Shown: positions 12,413-25,439 of the stretch, one piece after another | Layout of the letters: the number at the start of each line of letters is the position of its first letter | How positions within the stretch are numbered: the first letter of the stretch is position 1 | Origin: Camelus dromedarius | Lineage: Eukaryota | Length of the DNA stretch: 64,000 nucleotides | Assembly: GCF_036321535.1 (NCBI RefSeq) | Contig: NC_087437.1 | Location: 117,988,001-118,052,000, forward strand | Reading direction: 5' to 3' | Position numbers and translations under genes: made by a program | The notes under the pieces: generated by a model | Seen by the model: only the letters and a program-made list of their open reading frames with translations | Told to the model about the DNA's origin: nothing | The model's database searches: none

Positions 12413-13721
12413 TATAAATTCTTTATAATGATATGACATTCAAATTATTTACATATAATGTTTGATTTAAAAAGTCCAATGAAGCAAAGGTACTTTGTGC
12501 AAAAGTGTTTTAATAGGTTCAGTAGGGGAAAAAATGTAACCTTACATATTATCATGGGAGAAAACCTAAGTAAGGCTACTTCAACACGCTTAAATGGTTC
12601 ATCTCTGGGGCATAGGATTATAGGGTCTCTCACTTTTTAGTATCATTCCTGTTTGCTGTACATCTATCTTTTGTCTTTTACCAAAAATTACATAATTAAT
12701 ATAAATGTGATAATTCATACAAAGTAATGCAGTTATATGTTTTGTTTATTTCAGGTTTGGCCACAAAAGGAAATGTTCTGTAGCTCAATACAGTTCAAAG
12801 AGCTTTGTAACCAATGAAAATTCAGTAAATATGACTAAAACCAAGAACTCTATTAGGCCATTAATTTAATGTTTCTGCTTTACAGGACAAAGCCATGGAA
12901 ACAGAGTATCCAAGAGCCTTGAATCTTGCAATTTATGCTGGGGGTAGGCTTACAACAGTGTCACAACAAAGCCACCTGTCCTGTTCAGTGCTTTCCTCAC
13001 CTGGGCAAGATGTGCTTGTTGAAGGTGATTCAAGAGCTTTATGCCACCCCGTCTCCAGCAGGACCAACTGCAAAGTAACACGTAGCTCAGTCTCCCATCT
13101 GTCCTTCCTGACTGTTCATATTTTGAACTCAGACCTGAAGTTATTCTTAGTCATGAAGCTTAAAGTTGTGTTTTTTTAGTTAATATGACTAATTCAAGGG
13201 TAACAAGGGAGTCACAGCCTGAAACCAGCAGCTTTGGGATGCCACAGGTACAAGATGCAGTGCTAGGAGTTACTTCAGTTTTGTTCAGCAACTTTACTTT
13301 CATTACGGGTATTTTACGGTCCTCCTGGTCTACACTCTAGTTGTCATATTCAGTTGTATCTACCCACTTCCTTTCTGGTATTTTCTCCCTTTAATGTGCC
13401 AGAGAGGGTGGCATGTACCTGGTAAAGCTCTGCACCTGGAGACTTTCTTTTCAGGGATTTAGCGTAAGCAACGTGAACTCTGACCAGTTAGGAGCAAGTT
13501 ACCCCTTCTACTCCAGCAAGATTTTACTTCTCAGGTTCTTACCTCGCACGCAGAGAAAAGCGGGCTGTTCTCAAGCCAGAGAAACAAGCTCACGTCAATC
13601 GCTTTACGCAGCAGGCAGGGACCAACCGACTACAGAGTCAGGGCCGTTTTGGACCCTCCCTCATTTTACAGCCAGGTGGTGGCCTTAGACCCACACTGGT
13701 TTTTAACCCAGTGTTTTTAAA

Positions 13722-13955
13722 ACAGTAACAGCAACTAGCTGTGCATGGAGTGGTTCTAGGGCCCTGACTCTGTGCTAAGTGCTTTGCAGGGATGAAATCA
13801 CTTAATCCTCCACAGCAACCTGATCGGCAGGATGTTATTTTCCTTGCTTTATTGATGGAGAAACTGAGAATAGAGGATGCAAAAACCACCTGCCCAAGGG
13901 CACATGGCTGAGAAGCCATGGAGCCAGCCCTTGACTCAGGTAACCCGGCTCCACA
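13722..13955 (-). mobile_element. MIR SINE
   Basis: ctgtgctaagtgcttt...ttaatcctc...gatggagaaactgag...tgcccaaggg core. Confidence 0.8.
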
Positions 13956-14497
13956 CCCCACGAAGCTGTGATCACATCAGATCCGGGCTTAGAGGGAGAA
14001 GTTCTGCTCCACTGTTTTACCAGGAGGGAAAGCTCAGAGGAGCAAAGAGACTGTCCAAGCGCCTCGTCACTTGTCTGGTGACAAAGCTGGTCTGGAGCTC
14101 ATTTTTCTGACCCTTAAGTCTCATTGTGGCCACTTTTAGTTCTATTATGTCATTTAGAATGAGAAAGAAACGTTGTGTCTGTGCATAAATATGGGAGTGA
14201 GGACATGTCACCCTTCAGTTTTTAAATTTAGAACAGAAGCTTACATCACATCCCAAAACATATGTTCCTCAGGAGATGGGTGCAAAGAATTTTTTCATAT
14301 TGAATCACAGTTTGAATCATCATGAAGAGCTATTTGAAGTTACCCTGAAGTATTCCATATTTTAAACTAAAGAAAACTTTTGGGAAATAATCATCTTTTA
14401 ATCTACCAGTATACCAGTCCTAATTTTCATAAATTTGTTTTAGTTGACTGGAGATATACAGGCATCTTGTTACATTGGCTATATTGTTTCCTAAACG

Positions 14498-14538
14498 AAA
14501 GAGAGAGAGAGAGGGAGGGGGAGAGAGAGAGAGAGAGA
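14498..14538. repeat. Interrupted (GA)n repeat
   Basis: Read directly. Confidence 0.9.
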
Positions 14539-15540
14539 ATGGTAAACTTCACTTTGAAATCATTTTATCCTGACTTTTCAATTATTAGGGAACTCGGAGA
14601 GTTAAGATGATATTGCAGATAGTTCAAAGTCAAATACAAGAATAGTTCATTCACTCTGTTTTCTGTGTGGATTTGTTTCAGAGTGGGTGGTTTATTTTTT
14701 ATCTTTGTACGTTAAAAGTTTTTTTTGGTTAAAAAAAAGAATCACTAGTACTCATATCTCAAAACAAGTTCACGATGTGTCTCCTGTCCTATTCCCTCCA
14801 GAAGGCTTCCTCTCCCCTGATCTGCACGCCCACTGCAGAAACTGGGTGCAGCTACCGTGTACCACCGTGATGCGGGAGACCAGAAGGGAAAGCATGGCCT
14901 CCCAAGCTCATTGGCACAAACGCAGTGGCGCACTTGATATTTTTGTTATAAAGGTCATATGGGTCGGCCCTCTCAATGAAGGATGAACCTATTTTCCAGC
15001 AAACAAGACAGTCCATATGCAGCACAAATTTATTTGAGCAGATGCACCCATGTCACTTTGGGGGAATAAAGGGACAGTTCATCCAACTGGCAGAGACCTT
15101 GCTAAAAAAGCAGACACTGTAACTCGGTTTACCCTGCTGGCAAGAACCACTACCTTATCTCAGTTAATGGTTGGGAATTTATCAGCCAGACTGAAATAGA
15201 AAGACAGGATGACCTGCACGCATGGAAGAGTGGCACAGTCTTTTCGGACCTACAGATGATCAAGGATATATCAAACATGCAATTTGAAGGAGACAAATAC
15301 TGGAATTCTCTGTGAAGCCTGTTGAGGACCTACCACTGAGATAAGCAGGAACTAAAGAAAGGGGAGGGCGCAGAAGAAGCCACCGACGATGAAACAGGCC
15401 AACCTGAAGGCAGCTGTGCTTTCCACCTGCTGGAAGGTGAAATACGACCATAAATGAGGGCTCTGAAATGGGGCTGTGGCCTTTATAATGTAAGTCACAG
15501 AGATTCTCTGTGATGCAGAATGTGCATGCACAACTTTTTA

Positions 15541-15920
15541 GATGATGGACTAAACTGTGTCCCTGCAAATCTTATGTTGAAGCCCTAACTCCCAGTACTT
15601 CAGAGTGTGATTGGATTTGGATGTGAGATCTTTAAAGGACTTACCTCTTTAAAGCCATGAGGGTGGGCCCTAATCTAATGACAGGTGCCCTTGTAAGAAG
15701 AGATCAGGACACAGACCCACACAGAGGGAAGACTACATGAGGATACAGGGAGGAGACAGCCGCCCACAAGCCAAGGAGAAACATGGCCTCGAAGAAATCA
15801 GCCCTGCCAGCACCTGGATTTTGGACTTCTGGATTCCAGAACTGGTAAAAAAGGAAGTGTCTGTTGTTTGGGCTCCCAGTCCACGGTACTTTGTTATGGC
15901 AGCCCTAGCAAACAAATACA
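15541..15920 (+). mobile_element. MaLR solo LTR (MLT1A/B-like)
   Basis: tatgttgaagccctaactcccag, gggtgggccctaatc, and the end ggtactttgttatggcagccctagcaaacaaataca. Confidence 0.88.
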
Positions 15921-17426
15921 GATGACTGAAAATAAAAACACACACAGACGAGTCTAGAAGATTCCAGAAAATGGTCCAAGAACTCCCCTGGCATGCTCCT
16001 TTCAACATATACAATTCCATCCAATTGTTTTCTAACTATTTTTTTTATAGACAACACTTACTTGTCTTCATCCAAAATATTAACAAGAATTATAAACAGA
16101 TAAACACAGAAAATAGCTAATGGAGCAGCACCCACCGGGAGCTGCGGCCCTCCCCCTCCTCCCGGAGCCAGCGCTGCCCTCCAGCAGAGCAGAGTTTGAA
16201 AAATGCTGCTTCCATCCTGGTGCCTCACAAAGATCTAATATGTCAGCAAATTACCTCAGGTTTGCACATTATCATTAATCATGGCTGTCACTAGGGATGG
16301 CCGCGTTCCCCTAGACATAATAAATAATGATGACCTTAAGGCTTGTGCAGGCAGAGTGAGTGTGCATGTGTGTTTGTGTATGCGTGTGCATGGGGGAAGG
16401 GGGGTCCAAGTCCATTAGAGACAAAGGGAAACGCTGTTCTTGACATCTTCTTGACCCTCTGAGGGTCCCTACAAGGAGACCATCAGAAGCCTGGCCCCTG
16501 CAGACACCCAGAGCAGGTGAAGCAGCAGGACCCAGGCCAACAACCTTCAGAGTGGTTCTGCAGGCTCTCAGGGGCATCTGAAGATTTGCATCTCTACAAA
16601 AAAAAAAAAAAAATAATGCCCGTCATCCCAAACAAGAACACGGCTTCTGTCACCTCTCCTATCCTCAGTCCTGGATGCTGAAGAGCACCTGACTCTCCGA
16701 AGCGTCTCCAGCAGGGGGGCGCCCCCATCCGTCAGCCGGCCATTCACAATTACTGACAAGCTTTCATTTCCTAGGGCATGAGCACTTCACTCAGCTCTTC
16801 TGGGGCTCCCCTGAGTTCATTCTCTGTTTAAGACTTCAAATTGCTTTGATTTAGGTCTTAATATTTAGATGGGTGCCCTTCAGAAGGACATGAGGGTGGC
16901 ATATCCTAACTTCCAGGGTAACTGGACCCGCATGGCTCCTTCTGTAGAACCCGTGATCACACGTGGTGGGGAGGCTTCTCCCGGAATGGGGTTGGGCGCG
17001 TCTGTCTCATGATTGTAGGCTGGAGTCAGGGGCTCTTTCTGACACCTTCATCCCAGTTTAGTTATTTTTTGTATTGTGTTACTCTCAGTTGTATTATCAA
17101 CATGTTCCTTAATAAATGTGCACACCTTTGAGTGTAAAACTGCCAGCCTGTTCAGCTTGGATAGTTTCGAGTTTCCTTGGCCTTTCATTTCATTCTTGAT
17201 TTTGTAGGGGACTCAAAACTATTTGTAAGTTAATTACCCAACACTCTAGACTACTTTATTCCACATCATGTTTCATCTTTGTGTAAATGCTGCTTCACTC
17301 ACAGGCTGGACCAGAAACCTCATGGGAGAGGTTTCTCATGGGAGGAAGTTTACGTGAAACGTCCTAGTATCTCTACTGAGGCATCTCTGTTTAAAGACAT
17401 TTAGTCAAGATACACTGATAATTTTA

Positions 17427-17665
17427 GGGAAGCAACACAGCGTGAGGAAGGCCAGTTCACTCTGAGTTTGAACTTCACCTCAACTATTCATTGCTGATGT
17501 GCCCTTGGACAATTCCTTAACTTTAACTATCCTGAGACTTGGTTTCTTCTTCTGCAAGATGGGGCTAGTATCACCCATTGATGTTATAAGGTTCAAATAC
17601 TTAGATAATGGATGCAAAAGGCACAGCTAAATGCCTGTCACATAGTAATCAATTAATAATGATCA
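17427..17665 (+). mobile_element. MIR SINE
   Basis: ccttggacaattccttaac...gtttcttcttctgcaagatgggg...cacatagtaa. Confidence 0.72.
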
Positions 17666-18827
17666 TATTGATGGTGATGATGATGACAGTGATAATGATC
17701 ACAAATATTTATAAAATGTAGAGTTTAAAGTAGAGTTTGCTAACAACTTAATCAGATAAAGTGTCTGTGGTCTTAAGGAACCAACCAAAGAGATTTTGAG
17801 TGTGTTTATGGAGGTCAAATCAATATGATCAATGCAGTTGACCATGAACTGGGAAGCAAACTTGAGGGGAAGCTGGGAGGGAGAAGTGAGGTTTATTCCC
17901 TCACCTTAGTCCAGTGACTATTGTTTTGACAACTCTAGACCTCATAAAAATACTGTTTATTTATTTATTTCTAAAACATATTTATCTCCAAGTTTAAATT
18001 ACAAAGTAACACATTTTCATTGCATAAAATTGGGATACGTGGAAGAGCTAGAGAAGAAAACAAAAGTTCTAGAACTTCTTTAAAAGTGTTTAATGATGAC
18101 TGAAGCTAGGCCGTATGCATTTATGATCTCAGTGAGGAAAGGCACAAAATGCATTATAATTTACCAACAAATTTCCCAAATACGTCAGTTTGAGCCTCAC
18201 TGACACAATACTCATAAATTAAGAGGAATATGAGAATAATCCCTTTTCACTGAATATCCTCGAAAAATAAAAACAGTTCTCTATCCACATAGAAGACTCA
18301 AACTTGATCTAATGAAAGGTAAGAACCAAAAAAAAAAAAAAGGAATGGGATAAAGAAGAAATCCTATCCTTAAAAAATGAAGTAAAACAAAAATGGCTGA
18401 CAGTGTTTATCTGCTAGCATTTTCTATAGTAGAACTTTGTAATTTCTCTAATGTTCAGCACTAGAGTTCCAAGTGAATGTTTAATTCCCATTGATGCTTA
18501 TGAATCACCTGTAATTATTTCCACCATATGTACTTACATCCTCTCTGATGAATCCACCAATTAGAAGAGCATTCTAAACATAACGTTTCACTTTTTTTCT
18601 GTTTTGCAAGGAAATGCTAACCCACAGTAACTGATGTGCTCAATTACATATAGTGTCCATCAACATTGAGAGGTATGCTTTAAATCTGAGCCCAAATTTA
18701 TTATTATTTTAGAATGATATCAAAATTATATGTTTAATTTCAAATCCAAGCATATATTTCCATTTAAATTGTTAAAATTGTTTTCTATGTTTTAAAAGAC
18801 AAAAATGATACATTTCAAGCACTGACC

Positions 18828-19425
18828 TTTTTTTGTATTACTTTTTAAAAACTTGCTAGTAAAGTATAAGACACTTAGAGAAAAGTACATTTATTTTAAG
18901 TGAATAGTTCAATTAGATTTTCACCCACCAGCCCCATACCATACCAAGGAAGCAATGAGCAGATCAAGAAGCAATAAATGGCCAGCACCCCTGAGTGCCC
19001 CCTCCCCCTAACGTCCAGAGTCATCCACACTCTGACTTCTAACAGCACAGGTTGCTTTTGCCTGTTTCTGAACTTCATGAAAACAGAACCACACGGTACG
19101 TATCTTTCCGTGTCTGGCTCCCTTCACTCAACGTTGCTTTTGTGAGATTCACCCGTGTTATGTGTGGCTGCTGGACTTTCATTCCCATCTCCTTGTGGTG
19201 TTAGATGAGTGTGAACATACCTCAGTTTACCTCTCCAGTTAGCTGTTTGGGGTATGTGGGTGGCTTCCTGTTTGGGGCTCTTATAAAGAGTGCTGCACCC
19301 ATGTATTGTGAACAAAGGTGACTATTTCTGTTGGGGATGTACCTCGGTATGGAATGGCTTTGTCACTGGGCAGGTATATGATCAGCTTTATAAGATACTG
19401 ACAGTTTTCCACAGTGGTTGTTCAT
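18828..19425 (-). mobile_element. L1MB/L1MC-like 3' fragment
   Basis: cagatcaagaagcaataaatggccagcacccc; gtgtctggctcccttcactcaac; ttttccacagtggttg. Confidence 0.8.
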
Positions 19426-19649
19426 ACTTACTTTTTATATGCCAAGTAAAGCAGTAAATTACAAAAATGTTATGTTATACTGAAGTTATGACCATTTCTT
19501 GGTTACATGTAATTTTCAAAACCTATAGAGAACCCTAAAAAATCAATTCTTGACAAGAGGGAAGACTTGCAATTTCAGATGAACAAAAAATTATATATCT
19601 AACTGACTGTCACTAATACTACCATCACAACAACGACAATGACCAACTA

Positions 19650-19830
19650 CAGCATCTACAACAACATAACTAATAACGGGAGCTTCTCTGTGCCAGGCAG
19701 CAAGGCACTTCATCTTCTCAGTAATCCTGCAGGTTCTACTCCTGGCCCCCATTATCCACTATGAAACCAGAGACACGCACTAAGAGTAACCTGACTGAGA
19801 TCACGAAGCTCCACACCCAGCTCTCCCTGC
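19650..19830 (-). mobile_element. MIR fragment
   Basis: ctgtgccaggc...ccccattatccactatgaaaccagag. Confidence 0.5.
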
Positions 19831-20401
19831 CCTCTGAAGCCCACGCTCCTGTTTCTGCTCCAGGAAACACATGAACCGCTATCAAAATATAAACGGAGGC
19901 GTGGTCATATATCACTCATCTGGGTTTCCTGTTGTGGTTAATTCCTTAGTCCTAGAGGGATTCTCTACATGGGATGTCATAAATACATTTTCTTTTAAGT
20001 GTAGAACTTTGTATCTAGCCGTAGAGAGAAATAGGTGGCAAATATTTCATGTTTCATTTCCATACACGTGCGAACACACACAGGCACAAATGTAACGGTC
20101 TTTTGTTATCAGGTAAATGATAGCAACGTGTGTGAGCTATGACAAAAATAAAATCAGACTCCCATTACCATGCTGTTTGTATAACTTAGCAAAACTGAAT
20201 GTTGTGTGAACAAATAGCATGTCAGAGACTGATACAGGCTGTTCGCAGACTCATACACATTACATCAAATTCTGTGCATGACAAATTGAGAAGATTTTTA
20301 GAACATCATAGACTTGGTTTCCTAAGCACCTGAGACATGGTCGAGATGAATTTTAAATCATTGTAGAAATTATTTATTTCTCATATACATTCCAAATTAA
20401 A

Positions 20402-20964
20402 ACATATCTATACCCCAATGTTCATAGAAGCATTATTTACAATAGTCAAGACATGGAAGTAACCAAATGCCCATCAACAGATGAATGGATAAAGAGTTGT
20501 GGTATACTTATACAATGGAATACTACTCGGCCGTAAAAAAAGAAGGCAATAATGCCATTTGCAGCAACATGGTTGGCCCTAGAGATTATCATATTAAGTA
20601 TGGCAAAGAGAGAAAGACAAATATTATATGGTAAAACTTATATGTGGAATCTAGAAAATAATATAAATGAACTTATTTACAAAATAGAAATAGGCTCACA
20701 GACATAGAAAACAAACTTACAGTTACCAAAGGGAAAAGGTAGGGGGGATAAATTGGAGTATGGGATTAACAGACACACACTACTATATATAAAATAAATA
20801 AGGATTTACTGTATAGCACAGGGAACTGTATTTAATATCTTACAATAACCTATAATAGAAAAGAACCTGAAAAAGAATATATATGTGTGTGTATAACTGA
20901 ATCACTTTGCTATACACCAGAAATTAACACAATATTGTAAATCAACTATACTTCAATTACAAAA
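20402..20964 (+). mobile_element. 5'-truncated L1 (ORF2 end plus 3'UTR)
   Basis: ccccaatgttcatag...gccatttgcagcaacatgg...ctcacagacatagaaaacaaac...caactatacttcaatt. Confidence 0.92.
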
Positions 20965-23900
20965 GTGTCTGAATATGGAATGTATATGATTTTGACGGTA
21001 GAAATTTGGTTCTACTGTTGCAGAAAGGTACGAACTTAGGGCCCAGCGCTAGACTGAGTTACTGTTACAGGATGATGTGCCTTACATTTTGAGAGCAGAA
21101 TGTTAAAGCAAGAATATATATAAATATATATGCTAGGAAGGCCATTATTAATCCCCACTTAAGACTTCAGGTAACTTAAATTATAATATTGGGTTAAGGA
21201 CAAAAGACACGCTTAGATACTAGTATCTATATATTTTCTCTATGTGCAATTGGAAAACATTTTAGTAGATCTACCAAATATATTGTTTTGGAAACGATTT
21301 AACAATGTCATTCATCTAGGAAAAAATTGATTTTAAAGCTGTTAAAATAAAGCTATTCACTTTTAGCTCCTCCCACAGCAGTCCATGCAACAGAAGCCAC
21401 TTATTGTAGAAAGTTCATAGGAGTGAAGGAAAGCCTTGCTCAGGAATATGAAATGTACTCAAGACCAATGTCATTCAAAAGATAATCAACAATGCTACCA
21501 AAGTATAATTTCCTTCTATTTTTTTTAAATGTACAATAAAGCCTGCCACATTCACTAGTGCAAACAGTAAATTATGACAATAAAAGCACTGTCCAAACTC
21601 ACATGTAGCCTGGGCACTTCATTAGAATTTGGGTTTGGGGTCACATAACTAACTACTCCCTCTGAGAGGCTGACTGGATAGGTATCAGACACTCCTGAAG
21701 GCAGGAGGCAGCTGAGTGAGGGACAGAACAACTTCATGGGACTACAGGCGAATGAAGGACAGAGCAGGAACAGGAGACCACCGCACTGGCTGTTGATACA
21801 AGGCTGTTCCCCTCACGCTACGGAGTCCACCTGTGGTTCCCAGCTGAGGGTAAAACAAGAAAACTCAGAAGTTGCTGGAGTCACTATATTATGGTGGAGC
21901 AACACAATTCTGATACGAAGAACAAGTGTGGTCTCTCTCCTCCCTGTGAGCTTGTCTCTCATTTATTCATATCTGAAAACTGCAACACCACCCTTTTGTG
22001 GGGATTCTTACAATGGAAATGAAGACCATTCTAGCCTCTTTACTGGCACAATTAGATTTCTTCCCTATATTTCATGATTATATACTGTGGCCTTGCTAAC
22101 CAGCACTGCAAACATGACTGCTGTATACTTACCCACTCTGTGGAGACCTTCTCCAGTGCGTGCTTAATTTTTGCCTTTATAGCAAGAGTAACAAAACTAA
22201 ACTGGACATGTTTTCTTTGAACACATTTAAAACACATGCCTAGCCCCCAAACTAATAACTATGATTATTTTTGCCACATGTAGATATTTCATGCTTTACT
22301 TTTCCCCCTTGTCTTCTCTAGGCTCAACTTTTTTTTTTTTAAACTTAAAAGTAGAGAATTTCTCAGAATTTTTCCTCACTATGGCCTAGGCATCATTCAA
22401 AACAATTTCAGGTTTTTAAAAATGGACTAAAGAAAACTTTGTTGGATTTGAGAATCAAGACCAGAGCAATCATGACTTTTCCCATTTTCTGGACCTATTT
22501 CAGAAAGAAATAGAGCAAAAAGTAACCTATGTTCCCAGAGGCTGGGCCCTGACAGGGGAGGGCAATAAATGCTTGGATTCTGCAATTTTTGATTCCCTTT
22601 GTTTATATTATATGTGAGGCCCCTGTGTTTTTTACCAGAGAATTTCAGCAAAACAACTTACAACTCTCAGCACTCTGCCTCTTCACCCTCCTAGGTGTGA
22701 AATAGAGGAGAGGGGAGACCCAGAGTGGCTTATTTCCAACAGACTGTGCTTGAAATAAGGTGATAACACACAGAATGCTATCAGGGAGCCTCATGATACA
22801 CTGCCTGCCTAACTGTGCAAATGCAATTAAGGTAGAGTGCCTGCACCACCCATGTAATTACTTTCAGAAATACATCTGACTCGCTTTTCATATACTGATT
22901 GACTGTGTCAGTGAAAGACCGCTCATAAAATTTAACAACGAATTAGTCGTGACTCATTTTAAAAAAGCACAAATGATTCTTCTTAATTTCTAGTTAGAAA
23001 TGTAAAATGAAATGCAGTTTGTGGGAAAGCAAACATGCATGTACGTATTATACGCACCCAAAGCACAGATTTCTACTGATTTTGTGTTACTTAGACAATA
23101 GCAAATATCTATTTAAAATTTTTCAAAAGCATTTCACTAGTCTGAGATTTTATTTTGATTTAATTTTGATTCTATTTTCAAAATAAGGAGGAAAGAGTAA
23201 ACATATATTGAGATCCCATTATGGATAAATATGGTTTTAATCATTTAAAATATCATTATAGTTTTTTTTTTATTTGAAGAGAAAATCAAGCTAGACGGGC
23301 AATGAATTGATTTAAGGATTAAGTCGGCTTGGTTTTAATGCCATTGGGCTAAACACTTTGACAAGAACTGTGATGGGAATTTTTCTTGGCAGTTTTATTG
23401 CATGGAATGACATGGCATGGTATCTTCAGTTAAATAACTATGAAAAATTTCTCTTTAATAATATCTGCTGTTTTCCCATAGAATAGAGGCAAATTATAAT
23501 TAAACATATACAATAAATCTGTTTAAGCTGTTAATCAGGCATGTTTTATATAATTCATTTAACAACTATGAATGTCCATGAAGAAACCTAGATGGCTATT
23601 TTCCATTTAAAGAGTTGCATCTCTGGGTCGGGCAGGAGAGTATGTCCCTGGTTTCCTGATCATGTTAACAGCAGAGTGGAAACACACCTGGGCTGCCCAG
23701 TATATAGATATCTCTTGGGAATTGGTAAAACTTTCTGTGGAGAAGAGTTCCATGATTGTGCTTCTTTCAAAATCAAATGGAAGTTTAAACATCGGATAGT
23801 TAATCACTTCATTTCCTACCAAGGCACCGAGTGAGCACTTTAAACATTTTTAGGAATTTAGCTATTTTAGCCTCCATATTTCCACTATTGGCCAATATTT

Positions 23901-25439
23901 ATGAATTATTCATTCCATGGAGTAGTGGGGTCCTGCTGGATGAAAAACTAGGTGCAGTTCTTGCTTTCAAGGATGTCCCAACTCCACCCAAGCCCTTCTA
24001 ACCTTCAGACGTCTCCCCACCTGTGAACAAAGTCCGAATCTAAAGATTGCGAAGATTACGAGTTGGGGTTAAGTCCAATATTTCACCATTTTAAGTATGA
24101 TGTCAGGAAAAATTGTAAAAGATTGAAATGGGCAAAAAGTGATTCAGTGGGCATTGTGCGTGCTTATTTAGCTCACCACCCGGGCTGTCTTGACTTTTGC
24201 TTGTCTTTCACTAGGCTTTTTACAACTCCGCAGACAGAAGTTAACTGATAGAAAACACAGAGCAATGCAAACATTTCCTGCCTGTAACAATGCAAAGGAC
24301 TCCCGCTCACGGTGATGCAAATAGATTCTGTCCAGTAGACAATACAAACCCCCCAGTAAATTAAACACTCAGCTGAATCAGCTGTAACAGCTTACCCGTC
24401 GTTCCCTCATTAATAAATGAGTTACGTAAAATCTCTGACTTTGGTTCACTTTGTGTTTGCATGAGAATTACGATTTTACTTCCAACAAAAAACAAAATCC
24501 CATAATCCAACTTGTTGCTCTTTGCTCTGGTTTCCTGCTGGGTGTGTCAGCTCCTAACAGCTCTTGTCCCTCCTCTGTCTGGTGTGACACCAAGCGCGAC
24601 ACACAAATTCCCCAGAACACTACTGACATAAGCCTGCCATGGTTACCTGGCTTTTTTCTGGGGTCTAGGATCGTAGCGTGAAGGGGCCCACAACTGTGCA
24701 AGATTATTTTAAACTTCGTCTTTTTGCCTTGAAACGCACATAGATCTTGTATCCTAGCTCACGTTACAGCAGCATTTTACCATTAAAACTAACACTTCGA
24801 ATTTCTGTGGAGTAAACCGGTATTCCAGGGGGCCGGGCAGCACTTCCTTTCCGGTTTCCCGCGTCCCCTGAAGGGCATCAGCCTGCATCCTGTGATCCAC
24901 ACCAGACATCAAACAGTGCTGGAAGTAAGCTCACATCAGGGGGGTGTCTGTGGGGCAGCTGCACCCTGTGGGCTCCTCTGAGCTCCTGCTTGGCTCTTTA
25001 TAGGATTTCTCTCCATCCTCAGTGCCTGACCTGGCCCCTGGTGTGGAGGCATCAGTGCTGGCTTCAGCCACCGGCTCATCCTGCTTTCTGTTTCTAGGAG
25101 GCTGGGAGCATCAGGTATTGAGGTAAGAGACACACCAAAAGAAGAGTATAAGACCGTGATGAGCTCTCCTGAGCCTGAAGTGGAGGATCCTTCGCTCAAA
25201 GGCTCAGTCCTTTCAAATTCAGCCTTCATGGGTCTTTTATTTAGTTCCTGGTTCTGAACTTCCGATGAGCCAGCTGAACAGTCTGCAGAAGGAGGAGGTC
25301 TCCTTCCTCCTCTCACTCCCTCTCCTCCTTCCTTCCCTCTCTCCATCTCTCTCTGTTTACAGATAGGGGTATGCATATCAGCAGCTGTTAAGACTTCACC
25401 AGGTAAAGGGCACTGCTGTCCTTTCTCAAATCGACTTGG

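Larger units (their letters stand above)
10830..12480 (+). mobile_element. HAL1 or old L1 ORF1-like element, interrupted by younger insertions
   Basis: ORF1-like A-rich sequence (gaaaaagctgaagaaattt; gaatgaagcaagacctaca; aaagatcaggaaatgaaatggc) and a HAL1-like 3' end near 12430-12475. Confidence 0.55.

Noticed and set aside
16708..16726. CTCF-like CCAGCAGGGGGGCGC with a GGGGGCGCCCCC palindrome
   Set aside because: One extra G shifts the core spacing, making it a weak match.
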